IMG/VR virus record: IMGVR_UViG_3300037467_000112
Span: 1 to 51,342 of that record
Strand: one strand, 5' to 3'
Source: a virus
Lineage: Duplodnaviria > Caudoviricetes
DNA length: 51,342 bases
The position numbers and the translations under genes were made by a program. The notes beneath the pieces were generated by a model, which had not been told where the DNA came from, ran no database searches, and was given only the letters and a program-made list of their open reading frames with translations. Below, in pieces: positions 36,656 to 46,789 of the stretch; the stretch's first letter is position 1; the number at the start of each line of letters is the position of its first letter.

Positions 36656-38696
36656 GTCCAGTTCCTCTTACTTTATTTCTGGTCACCACAATTGGATAAC
36701 CGGTGTCGAAGGTCAGATCGCCTTCACTAAACATAGGTAGGCGAGTATGTCTGTACGCCTCAACCTTAGTCGACCATTTGTTTGCAGCAGTGCTGCTGGC
36801 CCAATCCCACTTTACCTGAAACAAACAGCTAGACGGTTTGTCTGCCGTATAGTTTCCACCAGAGCCGACGAAGTTCTCTTCAGTTCGCCTGAAGTAGCAC
36901 ATCACGTACGGCGTCTGTTTCTTCCTCATGACGTCTTCAAGCAACTCGTAGCCAGTCTCGACGAACGACATAAAGGCAAAGCCGGTGCCGTTAAAGGACT
37001 TCCAGTCGGCAAAGGTTTCGTCCCACTGTTCACTGAAGGTAAACTTCCAAGCGGGGCCAGCCACCGGAACAGCAGTCGTGTACTTGATTTCTTTAATCGG
37101 AGTCAGGAACAGCCCTGTCATGAACGGACGTCCTGCTGCACTGCTAATCGTCCAAGGGAAGAAAGCACCGAGACTGAGATCAAGGTTCAGGACCCTGTCG
37201 TAGAAGTACGGATTAAGCGAGCTTGAGCTTTGAAAGAGCCACTGAATGACGTTATTGACCGGATCGTAAACCGACTTGACACGAGCTTTCACTGTGTCGC
37301 TGATGTCGTTGTAAAAGCTCTGGATAGTTTCCTGAGACAGGTTGACCTTCTGGAGGTTCGACCCGAGCGGCCCAACTTGTTGCTGCCCAAGCACCAAACC
37401 TTGAATACCGGTCTGGCCCCACCAGAAGACGTTACCGTCAGCCATGACCACGCTGTTAGGGCTGTCAGTACCAACAGGGCTCATCTTGGTAACGCTGATG
37501 TCGGTAGCGCTGAAACCGTTCTGAGTGCCAGTTACGTACCACACACCATTTCGAGCCAGCACGACAATACCAGAACCCATCGGGAACAGACGAACAGCCT
37601 TGGTCATTTCAGGGATGGGGATCACCCCACCGTCAGTAGCAACCAGATCATTTTGGTTCTCAGCAGTCGGATCACCCTCTTGATAGCAGAGACCCACCTT
37701 CGCTTTGTCGTCCAGAATCTGACTGAAGTAGACGTTAGAGTTCAAAGCGTACCAGACTCTGCCGCTGAAGAACGCTACAGTCGGAGGACGTTCAGTAGTC
37801 GTTTCAATCGGAATACCAGCAGCAAGAGACGCAGTTGAGCGGTCCTTGTTAAAGGCGTCCAGAATGTAGTGACCACGAGGCGCTTGGGTGTTACCGAAGT
37901 ACATCAGAGCCAGTTGAGACGGCTTAAAAGTGTTGTCGGTAGCGTCTCGGGCCACCCACCACTGCTTGTTATTACCGGGGTAACGACTGGTGTTGTTGTG
38001 GTACTGAATGATCGGAGACGAGTCCGACGTACCGTCTGACGTCAGCACAGCAGTCTGTTTGCCGCTAGGCGGGTTCCAGCCTTGGTTCTGCAGGTTGTAC
38101 CTGTGTTCGGTGCTCAGGGTAGTCGGCTCAAGGCTGTTGTCGAGGCCGTCGTCCAAGCCAAACAGATCTCGGATCTTGATGGTGATCTTGGAGGCCGTAA
38201 TCGTGTCTGAACCAGAATTGTATTCGACAAAGATAGGTTCGATGCGTTCACCGACAATGAAGAGGTATCCCTTGCCAGAGGCCATCTGCACAGGGCTGGC
38301 GCTCGGAGTTGCAGCGCCGGGAGCCTGAAAGCTGGTGAGGTCGACAGTAAAAGACTTGATGCCAGCACCGATTGGGGTGGCGCTCAGATCAAAGAAACGA
38401 ATAGTCGATCCGATCTGCCTGACAAGGAAGTTCAGAGTAGAGTTAGCTCCGACCGACTCCCAGACATATTCCTGCAGGGCGTACGTGGTAGCCTGCACGT
38501 CGGTAATAGAATACGAAGAAAGGGCAAATGATGGTTCGTAGTTAATTCCTTTACGACGAGACCGGTTGCCCTTGCGATATAGAATGCAGTTGTCCTCGTT
38601 AATCGAGGCGTTCTCAGGGTACGTAAGGGCGCTGGCCTCAGTAATGAGACCCTTTACGAAAGTCCTGTAGACTTTAGTTGAGCTGGCTCTTGACAT
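36561..38696 (-). CDS. Tail nozzle (tail tubular protein B-like)
   Basis: 711 aa beta-rich protein; F.KGLITE N-terminus, FFSGRVWY, VRG.GR..QFRF C-terminus. Confidence 0.8.
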   Translation of the reverse strand: MSRASSTKVYRTFVKGLITEASALTYPENASINEDNCILYRKGNRSRRKGINYEPSFALSSYSITDVQATTYALQEYVWESVGANSTLNFLVRQIGSTIRFFDLSATPIGAGIKSFTVDLTSFQAPGAATPSASPVQMASGKGYLFIVGERIEPIFVEYNSGSDTITASKITIKIRDLFGLDDGLDNSLEPTTLSTEHRYNLQNQGWNPPSGKQTAVLTSDGTSDSSPIIQYHNNTSRYPGNNKQWWVARDATDNTFKPSQLALMYFGNTQAPRGHYILDAFNKDRSTASLAAGIPIETTTERPPTVAFFSGRVWYALNSNVYFSQILDDKAKVGLCYQEGDPTAENQNDLVATDGGVIPIPEMTKAVRLFPMGSGIVVLARNGVWYVTGTQNGFSATDISVTKMSPVGTDSPNSVVMADGNVFWWGQTGIQGLVLGQQQVGPLGSNLQKVNLSQETIQSFYNDISDTVKARVKSVYDPVNNVIQWLFQSSSSLNPYFYDRVLNLDLSLGAFFPWTISSAAGRPFMTGLFLTPIKEIKYTTAVPVAGPAWKFTFSEQWDETFADWKSFNGTGFAFMSFVETGYELLEDVMRKKQTPYVMCYFRRTEENFVGSGGNYTADKPSSCLFQVKWDWASSTAANKWSTKVEAYRHTRLPMFSEGDLTFDTGYPIVVTRNKVRGTGRAIQFRFENNQIGKDFDLLGWAVTYSGNTQP

Positions 38697-38878
38697 CCTG
38701 GATAGATTGCCCTTCCTAGAAAATCTTTAGATTTGAGAAAACGGATTAGGGTCTCCTCACAGAGACGGTGAGACGTGAAGCGGTGGTTCAGCTCTTTGGG
38801 GATTTTCCCGCCCCTGTACTTCTGAACCACCCAGAATCCGTCCTTCTCCTGAACGATGGTGTACTCTTGTCGACCCAT
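38654..38878 (-). CDS. Small hypothetical protein (start uncertain)
   Basis: 3' part of the 38654-39205 ORF; GG.IP.EL...FTS. Confidence 0.5.
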   Translation of the reverse strand: MGRQEYTIVQEKDGFWVVQKYRGGKIPKELNHRFTSHRLCEETLIRFLKSKDFLGRAIYPGCQEPAQLKSTGLS

Positions 38879-38963
38879 TGCTGTAACGTATTTAGCGTCA
38901 GGCCGACACTTCGGGTACTTGTGAGGCTCTGCAGCCCATTTAGGGGGACGCCCTCCTTTGTTT

Positions 38964-39716
38964 TTAACGTTGGCGTCCGTAGTTCGGGAGACGGTCAATG
39001 GGCCGCCGAACTGCTGCGCGGAATTGGTCATTCTGGCTTTTGACACGTTGACGAAATGCCTTTCGTTGTTCGTTTTGGTTGGCGGTCTGCTTGAAGTTAA
39101 CGAAGCAGGTGTTCTTGGCCTCAGCGAGAAGTTGCGGGAACATGTTGGCATCAAGAAGCGGAATGAAGTCGTCTTCAGTCTGCCACGATAGTTCCTTTTG
39201 AACATACGCTAAGCTTTTGCTCTGCTGGAGCGTCGACTCGATGTCTGCATCGTAAGAGTCGGTAATGATGTAGTTGTCGTCAAAGCTAGTCCAGTAGGTC
39301 GGCTGACGATTGGAACCAACGTAAAGACGAATACCGTTCTCGGTCACCACCTCAATGGTGTTGGCTTGCCCAGCCTGAGAGGCGGTATAGTCAAAGAAGC
39401 TGTGAGGCGGAAGCGGGATCAGCTCTTTGTAGTTAGTCTTGTCTTCAGACCTGTCGTCGTACTTTACCCACAGGATCTTCCGAACTGAGTCGGGGATCTT
39501 GAGGTAGTTGGGACGGTTAACGTCACTGACCGACTCAAGTTGAACCAGGGCTCGGTGTTCAGGGATGTCAGCGTTGGTGAACAGTTCGAAGTAGGTCTCT
39601 TTGAGTACCTCAGCGACCTGCAGACTTTCGATGGTGTCGCCGATGCTGTTCACTTCATCGCTGTCCATAGCCGACAGGATGTTCTGAACCATTTCGAGAA
39701 GAGTTAGTTTAGCCAC
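38964..39716 (-). CDS. Tail adaptor (tail tubular protein A-like)
   Basis: TLLEMVQ.ILS.MDSDEVNSI.DT.ES.QVA N-terminus; position after the capsid genes. Confidence 0.8.
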   Translation of the reverse strand: MAKLTLLEMVQNILSAMDSDEVNSIGDTIESLQVAEVLKETYFELFTNADIPEHRALVQLESVSDVNRPNYLKIPDSVRKILWVKYDDRSEDKTNYKELIPLPPHSFFDYTASQAGQANTIEVVTENGIRLYVGSNRQPTYWTSFDDNYIITDSYDADIESTLQQSKSLAYVQKELSWQTEDDFIPLLDANMFPQLLAEAKNTCFVNFKQTANQNEQRKAFRQRVKSQNDQFRAAVRRPIDRLPNYGRQR

Positions 39717-39958
39717 GGAATCTTATCCTTAAAGAAAGCGACAAGAGACGCGATACCCGCAATCAGCCAGAGGACACCGTGGACAAAGCTTTTCTGCAAG
39801 TCCAGCTTGTTTAGTCGACGTTCGTGGTTCTTGAGGGTTTCTGTAATCTGCTCGAACAGCTTTTCGTTTGACGCGGTGTTCTGCTTAAGCGTGTCGATCA
39901 TCGCGTCTTGTTTGGTTTCAAGCTGCCCCAGCTTATACACAATAATTTCCTGATCCAT
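39704..39958 (-). CDS. Coiled-coil protein with a C-terminal TM segment (XhlA/holin-like)
   Basis: Helical N-terminus and a hydrophobic GVLWLIAGIASLVAFF tail. Confidence 0.55.
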   Translation of the reverse strand: MDQEIIVYKLGQLETKQDAMIDTLKQNTASNEKLFEQITETLKNHERRLNKLDLQKSFVHGVLWLIAGIASLVAFFKDKIPWLN

Positions 39959-39979
39959 TATAAGGCCCCTTTACATGGC

Positions 39980-40017
39980 AAAAAGGGCCACCCCACGGGT
40001 TAGGCAGGATGGCCCTT
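39980..40017 (-). terminator. Rho-independent terminator after the capsid genes
   Basis: Minus strand AAGGGCCATCC...GGGGTGGCCC followed by TTTTT. Confidence 0.8.
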
Positions 40018-40045
40018 CTGAACTCTAAGACTCGCTTAGAGGTAA

Positions 40046-40609
40046 TTAGTCAGCAAGAGCCTCAGCGCCAACATCAATGTACTCGATGATGAGCTTGCCC
40101 TTACCGGCCGTAAAGGTGCCGGTGGTGGAGATGCCGACGTACGCGTTAGCGGTGCCAACGCCAGCCGTGCCAGCCGCAGAGGCCACAAGAGAGCCAGCAC
40201 CGAAGACTCGCTTACCAATCGCGTTCACGTTGGCCAGCACACCTTCAGTCGCCGTCACAAGACCGGTAGCAGCAACAGCCGTACCGTCCTTCTTGTAGGT
40301 GCCGACAGTAAACGAAGTACCGCCAGCCGCAGCTTCAGACATGACCAGAGTAGCACGAAGGACGCTGGCGTTCGCCGGAAGACGACAATCGCCGTCATGG
40401 AAGCCGTCAGCAGTGCCGTCGTTGTTCAGGTCGGCAGAGTAAGAGACCGTGCCGGTGGGGATAAGAGACAGATCAAAGTCAACCTGAATCTGCTTAATCG
40501 CACCAAGGTCATTAATCGCCCACGCCTTGTTGGCAAAGTTAGTTTTGTCGGGCCAATAGTTTGCAAACTTAACTTGCAGACCGTCAGCATTAGTCCAAGG
40601 TTTAGCCAT
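40046..40609 (-). CDS. Capsid-associated/decoration protein
   Basis: Directly after the MCP and before a terminator; small beta-rich Ala/Gly/Thr protein. Confidence 0.65.
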   Translation of the reverse strand: MAKPWTNADGLQVKFANYWPDKTNFANKAWAINDLGAIKQIQVDFDLSLIPTGTVSYSADLNNDGTADGFHDGDCRLPANASVLRATLVMSEAAAGGTSFTVGTYKKDGTAVAATGLVTATEGVLANVNAIGKRVFGAGSLVASAAGTAGVGTANAYVGISTTGTFTAGKGKLIIEYIDVGAEALAD

Positions 40610-40624
40610 TATTAATAACTCCTA

Positions 40625-41638
40625 TTAGCCAACAGCCGACGGGTCGGTCAGGACGGTGATGAAGTTCTCGGGACGGTAGATCTTGACGCCGTAGCGGCAG
40701 GTCGTCACGAACTCTTCACGCTGGAAGTCCTTGTTGTACTCACCTTCGACCTTGGGCATCTGACGCCACGCACCGATAAACGGAAGCAGGTCTTGGGTAG
40801 CGCTGAAGAACAGGTTACACACCGAGTTCGCACCAGCAGTGGCAGCACCAGCAGGGCCAGTGATCGCTTCCGACGCACCAGTTTGGTTCGCACCACACAG
40901 AGCGAGGCGGTTAGACACGTACACGTCAAAGCCATAGATGTTCTTGACGAACTTCATGTCTTGAGCGATACCGTCAGCAACGATGCCTTCCCAACGCGGG
41001 TTGTTGGAGATGTTGGTGATGTTGGTCAGGGTGTTGAGCACGTACTCAGTCGACGGGTCAACAATCGCGATCAGGTTCGAATCCGGCACGTTAGCCTTCT
41101 TCAAGGAGTATCGCGCATAGGCGAAGTCCTTGACGTCGATCACGGCCTTGGTGTTCAGAGTGCCTTGGCCAACCCAGCGGTGACAGGCACCGTTGATCTT
41201 GTTGGCGTTAGCAGCAACCTGATAGCCAGCCGGGTTACCGGTCTTCGGTTGACCTTCCTTAAGGATGTTAACCTCAAGGTCTTCGTGGATAGCTCGGGCC
41301 ATCTTCGGCACAAACGAAGCTTGCAGTTCAGCCATATAGAAGCCGTCTTGCTTAGCCTTGTTGGTGATGTAGGTCGCGCTGGACTTGTACTGGTTGATCG
41401 AGAACGAATACTCGCCGGTATCCATCGCGGTGTACTCGACAGCCTGATCTTCCACGTAGTCTTTAGCATCCAGAGTGCCAATCGACGGAATGGTCAGGGT
41501 GTTGCCGTCAGGGAAATTGTCCAGCCAGCGCACGTATTTCTGCGCCATGAGTTCGTCTTGAAGAACGTCCTTAAGTTGATTCGACCACAGCTCGGAGCGA
41601 ATCAGGGCGTCCATGTTAGCGGTATTATGACCAGCCAT
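40625..41638 (-). CDS. Major capsid protein
   Basis: 337 aa; LIRSELWS..L, FPDG.TL.IPSIG, RYG....RPEN; follows the scaffold; strong RBS. Confidence 0.9.
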   Translation of the reverse strand: MAGHNTANMDALIRSELWSNQLKDVLQDELMAQKYVRWLDNFPDGNTLTIPSIGTLDAKDYVEDQAVEYTAMDTGEYSFSINQYKSSATYITNKAKQDGFYMAELQASFVPKMARAIHEDLEVNILKEGQPKTGNPAGYQVAANANKINGACHRWVGQGTLNTKAVIDVKDFAYARYSLKKANVPDSNLIAIVDPSTEYVLNTLTNITNISNNPRWEGIVADGIAQDMKFVKNIYGFDVYVSNRLALCGANQTGASEAITGPAGAATAGANSVCNLFFSATQDLLPFIGAWRQMPKVEGEYNKDFQREEFVTTCRYGVKIYRPENFITVLTDPSAVG

Positions 41639-41658
41639 TTAAAATAGACTCCTAGTGA

Positions 41659-42354
41659 TTAAGTGTAAAATGCGTCGCCAAGTCGCTTAGCGTCCGCAAT
41701 CATTTGGTTTTGGATGGTCCGCGAGAAGTATTGGGACGGATTGCTCTTACGAATTGATTCGTAGAAAGCATACGTACCGGGTTTCGCGGCGGTATTCGGC
41801 ACAGACACCACATCCGAGCGAGGAACGCCGGGGGTGGGCCGAGGAGCAGAATCTGCAATACCGAGAGTAGCCAGAAAGGCTTTGGGCGACTGAGCGGCCG
41901 AACTCTTGAGGAAGTCTAGACTGACCTCTAGTTCTTTCGCCTTTGCATTGATTACTTCGTTAGCCTTATCTTCCGACCCAAAGGTTTCGATAAGCTTTTG
42001 GGCAACGAAATCAACGTTGCGTCGAATTTTTTCCTGCTCGCGGTCTTGCTGCAGTTCTTGTCGAATACGGGCAACCAAATCATCTTCAGAGAAGCTGGTA
42101 TTAGCCGAAGGCGGATTGTCGTCCACCGGAGGGGTGACCGGATTTTGTTCCCGAGGTTGACGGAGCAGTTCTTCAACTCGAAGCCGGGCGTTGATCTCTT
42201 CACGAGCCTCAGCCAGTTCACGGTTCCGATCTTGAATAGTCGCGTCAGCATGGCTGTACGCCTTAGCAAGATCTTCTACCGACTTGTACTTCTTACCCTC
42301 TCCAACCAGGTTTTCGAGGTAGTTAACTTCTTGTCCGTCTTCAAACAGCGCCAT
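41659..42354 (-). CDS. Capsid scaffolding protein
   Basis: LVGEGKKY..VEDLAK, coiled coil; between portal and MCP. Confidence 0.8.
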   Translation of the reverse strand: MALFEDGQEVNYLENLVGEGKKYKSVEDLAKAYSHADATIQDRNRELAEAREEINARLRVEELLRQPREQNPVTPPVDDNPPSANTSFSEDDLVARIRQELQQDREQEKIRRNVDFVAQKLIETFGSEDKANEVINAKAKELEVSLDFLKSSAAQSPKAFLATLGIADSAPRPTPGVPRSDVVSVPNTAAKPGTYAFYESIRKSNPSQYFSRTIQNQMIADAKRLGDAFYT

Positions 42355-42377
42355 TGGTCGATGGTCCTTTTATTAAA

Positions 42378-42629
42378 TCAGTCTTTTGTCAAGACTAGTA
42401 AATCAAGTAATTCTTTGTGGGCACGCAGGTAACCATTACGGTCGGCCTGCTTGTACGCCCAGCTTGGAGAATCATAGTCTGCTGTCGGCAGATTAGATTC
42501 CTGAGTATATACTTTATTATATAGTATTTCTCTCAGTCTGTCAAGTACTTTTGTAGAACCAAGAATAGTTTTCTTAAATTCTTCTCGTTCTTCTTGAGTA
42601 TTTAAGTGTTGAGTCCAAATAGTCTTCAT
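42378..42629 (-). CDS. Small conserved head-module protein
   Basis: PSWAYKQADRNGY; between portal and scaffold. Confidence 0.7.
   Translation of the reverse strand: MKTIWTQHLNTQEEREEFKKTILGSTKVLDRLREILYNKVYTQESNLPTADYDSPSWAYKQADRNGYLRAHKELLDLLVLTKD
42516..42544 (-). promoter_or_regulatory. Consensus sigma70 promoter for scaffold/capsid, inside the upstream CDS
   Basis: Minus strand TTGACA-17 nt-TATAAT. Confidence 0.85.
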
Positions 42630-44422
42630 TTCTGCTGCTGAGCCTGCATCATGGCCATTTGACCAGCCGCTGCCGGATCTTGGGGAGCAGTTTGCTCTTG
42701 CAGAACCTGTTGAGCCGACGCTTGAAGACGCTGAGTCTCCAGCATTTCAGCAATACGCACGTTGTCCGACACAAGCCCAAAGCGTTCCAGACCCATCAGC
42801 TCCTCAACAAGGTAGGCCATCTTCTTGCCGCTGATGTGGGCGTTAATAGCCGGATCAGCACCAAGGGTTTGACCAAGTTGGGTCAGGTTCTGAATGACGT
42901 TGGCGTTACGGGCAAAACGACGGGCACCAATCGGACGAATCTTACCGCGAGCGGTGAGGTCCTCCTTGGTGATGTTCATAAAGTTGACGACACCAAATTG
43001 ATCGTCCACAACCCGAATAACGTCAGAGGTTCCCATATTGCGGCGGGCAAGCTCAAGCATGGACGACAGAACCGGCTCAAGGAACATTTCTTCATAATAA
43101 CTGGTCTTGTTAATAAAGATGCGGTTAGAACCGTTTTCCAAGATTTGAACTTCATAGGCCGTCTTTTCACCCGGAGTACGGAAGCCCATAGCCTGCTTGG
43201 GAGCACCAGCCATTTCTTCCATCTTCTGCTCAAGATAGGCGATCTGGGTGTCGGCATTCAGCATAGTAGTGTCGGGTCGCATGAACTCGACCTTACCCTC
43301 TTCGCCAGCATAGATACGCTCACCGGGGCCGTACTCAAAGTCTTCGACATATCCAGTGATCTGCATGACAGGGTGGATGATCAGATCGAAGGCGTCAGAC
43401 TTGGCGTTCTCCAAGTGGTCAATGCGGTACTGCATACCCACAAGGTTATCGAGCGGACCCATAGCGTACAGGTTGTCGGGCCTCAGACGCCAACCACAGT
43501 GGAAGATGTTAGACCGACCGAACCAGCTTGGGTTGGCCATGTTGCGGATAACGAAGCAACGATCCACCACAGTGATGATTTGGTTCTTGTACAGCTTGTC
43601 TTCCTCAGCATCGTACCAGTCACCATAGAAGTCCAAAATCTCTACGTAGTTAGACTGGAAGTATTGAAGCCAGCTACCAAAGCCGTCGATCTGGAAAGCA
43701 CTGTCCTTCTTCACCTCACCGGCCGACAGGCTAGTCATTCGCCTGCGGGTTTCGATCATGGTCGTGAAGACGTCTTTCAGATAGCCAGACTCAGGGTGAT
43801 CTTCGATCTCAGCCCGAATGGAGCCAAGGGTCTTGAGCGACCGGATGATCTTCGGGGTCTCAGCAAAGGACGACGCAGTGGGGTTAAACACAACGTCCAG
43901 CGGGCTCAGGCGAACCAAGCGGGGGCCGACGTAGCCGGGGCTAGTCTCACCTGTCTCGTCCTTGTTCTGCTCAGCCACGAACTCGGTCATGGCAATGCAG
44001 TTGCCGTAGTCAATCCAGTCGTACACAAGTCGACTGACTTCAGCACGGAACTGACTCATACGCAGCTTGTTGTTGATGTACGACTCGATCACTTCGCGCT
44101 TGTCTTTAGCTTCAGCAGTCTCGTCGTCACCTTCCCAGGCAATGCTGCTGTCGTTCGGGAACAGAGCCGCCATGTAGTTAGCATGGAGGTTGTCTCGAAT
44201 CTGACACAGCTTGGGAATGTGGACACTGTTCTTCCACGGCAGACTGGCGTTAGTCGTACTCCGGGTGTCAGTAGCAAAGATGTACTCACGAATCTCGGCA
44301 ACCTGCTCCAGCCAAGGCTGTCTCAGCATTTCCCACTCTTGGTACATGTTTGCGATGGTCTTGGCGATCCTGTCCGGTTGAACAAGATCTTCAATGTCTA
44401 GGACTCTATTACCTGACGGCAT
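42626..44422 (-). CDS. Portal protein
   Basis: 598 aa after the terminase; GPLDNLVGMQYRIDHLEN, GEKTAYEVQ. Confidence 0.88.
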   Translation of the reverse strand: MPSGNRVLDIEDLVQPDRIAKTIANMYQEWEMLRQPWLEQVAEIREYIFATDTRSTTNASLPWKNSVHIPKLCQIRDNLHANYMAALFPNDSSIAWEGDDETAEAKDKREVIESYINNKLRMSQFRAEVSRLVYDWIDYGNCIAMTEFVAEQNKDETGETSPGYVGPRLVRLSPLDVVFNPTASSFAETPKIIRSLKTLGSIRAEIEDHPESGYLKDVFTTMIETRRRMTSLSAGEVKKDSAFQIDGFGSWLQYFQSNYVEILDFYGDWYDAEEDKLYKNQIITVVDRCFVIRNMANPSWFGRSNIFHCGWRLRPDNLYAMGPLDNLVGMQYRIDHLENAKSDAFDLIIHPVMQITGYVEDFEYGPGERIYAGEEGKVEFMRPDTTMLNADTQIAYLEQKMEEMAGAPKQAMGFRTPGEKTAYEVQILENGSNRIFINKTSYYEEMFLEPVLSSMLELARRNMGTSDVIRVVDDQFGVVNFMNITKEDLTARGKIRPIGARRFARNANVIQNLTQLGQTLGADPAINAHISGKKMAYLVEELMGLERFGLVSDNVRIAEMLETQRLQASAQQVLQEQTAPQDPAAAGQMAMMQAQQQK

Positions 44423-45994
44423 TTAGAATGCGATGCCTCCAAACTTTCTATTAAAGGGAATGACGTTTCCAGACAGACGCTCCCGAGCCGCATTGGCAGT
44501 CGGGGGAATGGCGATCTCAATAGCGTTCGCCAAGCTGTCCATAACGTCGTCGTGGACCGGATGGGTCGAGATAAGTTCGTCCTCAAGGACCTGACAGTTA
44601 CCGCCTCGATAGTGCCAGACCGACAAGTTGTCGTAGCGAGGCTCTAGGATGGCCGCTAGACGCTCCTCTTTGGAACCTTGGTGTCGGGTAGGCTTCATCT
44701 CTTGAATTGAGATGTACAGACCATACTGACGGATCAGATCTCTAAGCTGGTTGACGATAGCCACCTGAGCAGCCGTCACTTCTGCAGCCAGCTTCCTGAA
44801 GTCCCACTTGATGTGCAGTTGCATCAGGTGTTCGAAGTAATCCATGATGCGGTCGGTCTTGAAGCGGTCGATGTCTAAGACGTAGATGTTGTGTTCTCGG
44901 TCCATGCCGATAACGACAATAGCCGTATAGTCGGCTCGCTTAGTCATGCTGTACGCGAAGTCAACAGCAGCAAAGACATTCAGCTTTCGATCTCGATAGT
45001 ACCAGCCACCGTTCGATTGAGTGATGTGGGCTTGGTCAAAGTATTGGAACTTGTCTCGACCAATTCTCAGTTCTCCGGGGTCGTTGGGATCGTTGTAATA
45101 CTGAGCCCGAAATTGTGTGCGATCAAGATACTGACCACGCTTTTTAGCGAGGATTTGCTGGTCAAAACCGAACCATTTACCATCTGACCGCTGCTGTCTC
45201 GGCCAAAGAAACTGACCAGTTCCGTCGCCTGCGTCCTCGACCTGTCGCTCGAAGATTTCGTAAATGGGCTCAGAGCTGACAACATCTCCGTCTTTGTCAT
45301 AGATGTCCTCCCGCATTTCAGCCATTTCGCTATAAAGGTCTTTAGGATGGTAACGAGTACCGCAAACCCACTCTTCAGCGTCAGCCCCTTCAATCGAGCT
45401 AAGAAGGGAGTATTGGGACTTAACCTTAGTCCGGCCTTCTTCAGTGTACGCGTTCTCAAATACGACAACGTCGTCCAGCACAGCCACGTCACAGTGAAGA
45501 CCAGTAAGGCTAGTGGTAAGACCGCCAGTGAAGACAGTAGGGTCACGAATCGCTTCGTCTTTGCGTTTGGGGTGGTCGACACTGATTTCACTGTTAGTCC
45601 ACTTCTCGCGCTTCCCTTCGTCGGGGTTGATCATCTCCGGCCAGTAGCGCGCGTAGATGGACGACGTAAGGATGTCTTTGATGAACTTAAGCTGCTTCTC
45701 GGCAAGGTTGCTGGTAGCCGAGATGTACAGGATACGGACCTCGGGTTTGCGGGTGATCTCCCAAGCGACCCTGAAGGCGATCATACGGCTTTTGCCGTGG
45801 TCTCGTGGAAGCAGGACCATCTGGTGTGACTTCTTGGTCTGACGGGTCCACCAACGACAAAGCTCGATGTGGACAGCCCCCAAGACTTGCTTAGGGGCCA
45901 CCAGACGGATAAAGGTCTCTAGATCGTTCTCGGCTGCCTCACGGATAAGCTCCGTCTTGCTCTTATTAATCGCGGGGGTTTTTCTTGTGACCAC
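44423..45994 (-). CDS. terL: Terminase large subunit
   Basis: Walker A PRDHGKS, Walker B VLDDVV, GTRY, nuclease VDFA..D, HDD..D. Confidence 0.93.
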   Translation of the reverse strand: MVTRKTPAINKSKTELIREAAENDLETFIRLVAPKQVLGAVHIELCRWWTRQTKKSHQMVLLPRDHGKSRMIAFRVAWEITRKPEVRILYISATSNLAEKQLKFIKDILTSSIYARYWPEMINPDEGKREKWTNSEISVDHPKRKDEAIRDPTVFTGGLTTSLTGLHCDVAVLDDVVVFENAYTEEGRTKVKSQYSLLSSIEGADAEEWVCGTRYHPKDLYSEMAEMREDIYDKDGDVVSSEPIYEIFERQVEDAGDGTGQFLWPRQQRSDGKWFGFDQQILAKKRGQYLDRTQFRAQYYNDPNDPGELRIGRDKFQYFDQAHITQSNGGWYYRDRKLNVFAAVDFAYSMTKRADYTAIVVIGMDREHNIYVLDIDRFKTDRIMDYFEHLMQLHIKWDFRKLAAEVTAAQVAIVNQLRDLIRQYGLYISIQEMKPTRHQGSKEERLAAILEPRYDNLSVWHYRGGNCQVLEDELISTHPVHDDVMDSLANAIEIAIPPTANAARERLSGNVIPFNRKFGGIAF

Positions 45995-46232
45995 GCTTCG
46001 TCCTCGGATAACTGCGATTGTGCCGCTTGGTGCCCATGCGCCAGTTGCCGGGGCGATTGTCTAGAGCATTGCCATTGATATGCTCAACGTCCATACCGTC
46101 GCCCTTGTGGGCCTTACCAGCCTTGATCATGTGACGACGGGCCTTGTTACGGGCAGCCCGCTTCTTCTTCTGAATGGCGGAACTTTCGTACTTGGTCTGT
46201 GCGCGCTTCTGCGCTGCCGACATGTGACCCAT
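45966..46232 (-). CDS. Small basic HNH-like protein
   Basis: DVEHINGNALDN...N......HNR. Confidence 0.6.
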   Translation of the reverse strand: MGHMSAAQKRAQTKYESSAIQKKKRAARNKARRHMIKAGKAHKGDGMDVEHINGNALDNRPGNWRMGTKRHNRSYPRTKRGHKKNPRD

Positions 46233-46774
46233 TAGCCTTTCCCCCCTTTGACCAGTCTAAGGCCAATTCGCTTAAGGTCTTCATCCTCTTGGGTGATTGC
46301 CTTTACTTCAGCCTTGATCGCTGCACTGCGTTCAGACTTGCTCGGGCGTCCAGCCTTGCGCTTGTCCCAACCTTCTTCAGCAATGAACTTGGCTGCCGAA
46401 ATGGCTTGAGATGTGTCGCCAGCGGCGATCTCTCGAATGCGGGCCACAGCCTCAGCCTTCAGCTTCTGGTTCAGTTCGTGAATCCACTCTTCGTAGGCTT
46501 CGCGAAACCAGTCCAGCTTCATGAGCCTGATCCAGTGGTTGTAGTCACCGAGGTACTGAATAGCCCACTTGTAGCCGGTGGGATCACCAATCTCGACAAA
46601 GGTTTTGCGAGCACTGATCAGACCGGGTCTGTCTTCGTAAAGCGTGAAGATGGGTTCAGCCACACGGGTCTCAATCGGAGTGTCACGAACCATTTCGTGA
46701 AAGAGAGACAAGGTAAACCACCGACCACCAGAGTCCTTATACGGAGGCTTGGTCAGCTCGTATTTGAGAGCCAT
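46232..46774 (-). CDS. Putative terminase small subunit
   Basis: Upstream of terL; DPTGY.WA..YLG...HW..L, AAKF, GRPSK. Confidence 0.65.
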   Translation of the reverse strand: MALKYELTKPPYKDSGGRWFTLSLFHEMVRDTPIETRVAEPIFTLYEDRPGLISARKTFVEIGDPTGYKWAIQYLGDYNHWIRLMKLDWFREAYEEWIHELNQKLKAEAVARIREIAAGDTSQAISAAKFIAEEGWDKRKAGRPSKSERSAAIKAEVKAITQEDEDLKRIGLRLVKGGKG

Positions 46775-46789
46775 TTTAGATTTTCCTTC

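Noticed and set aside
40793-44401. Long plus-strand ORFs (284 and 580 aa) opposite the capsid and portal genes
   Set aside because: Antisense shadows with no recognisable features
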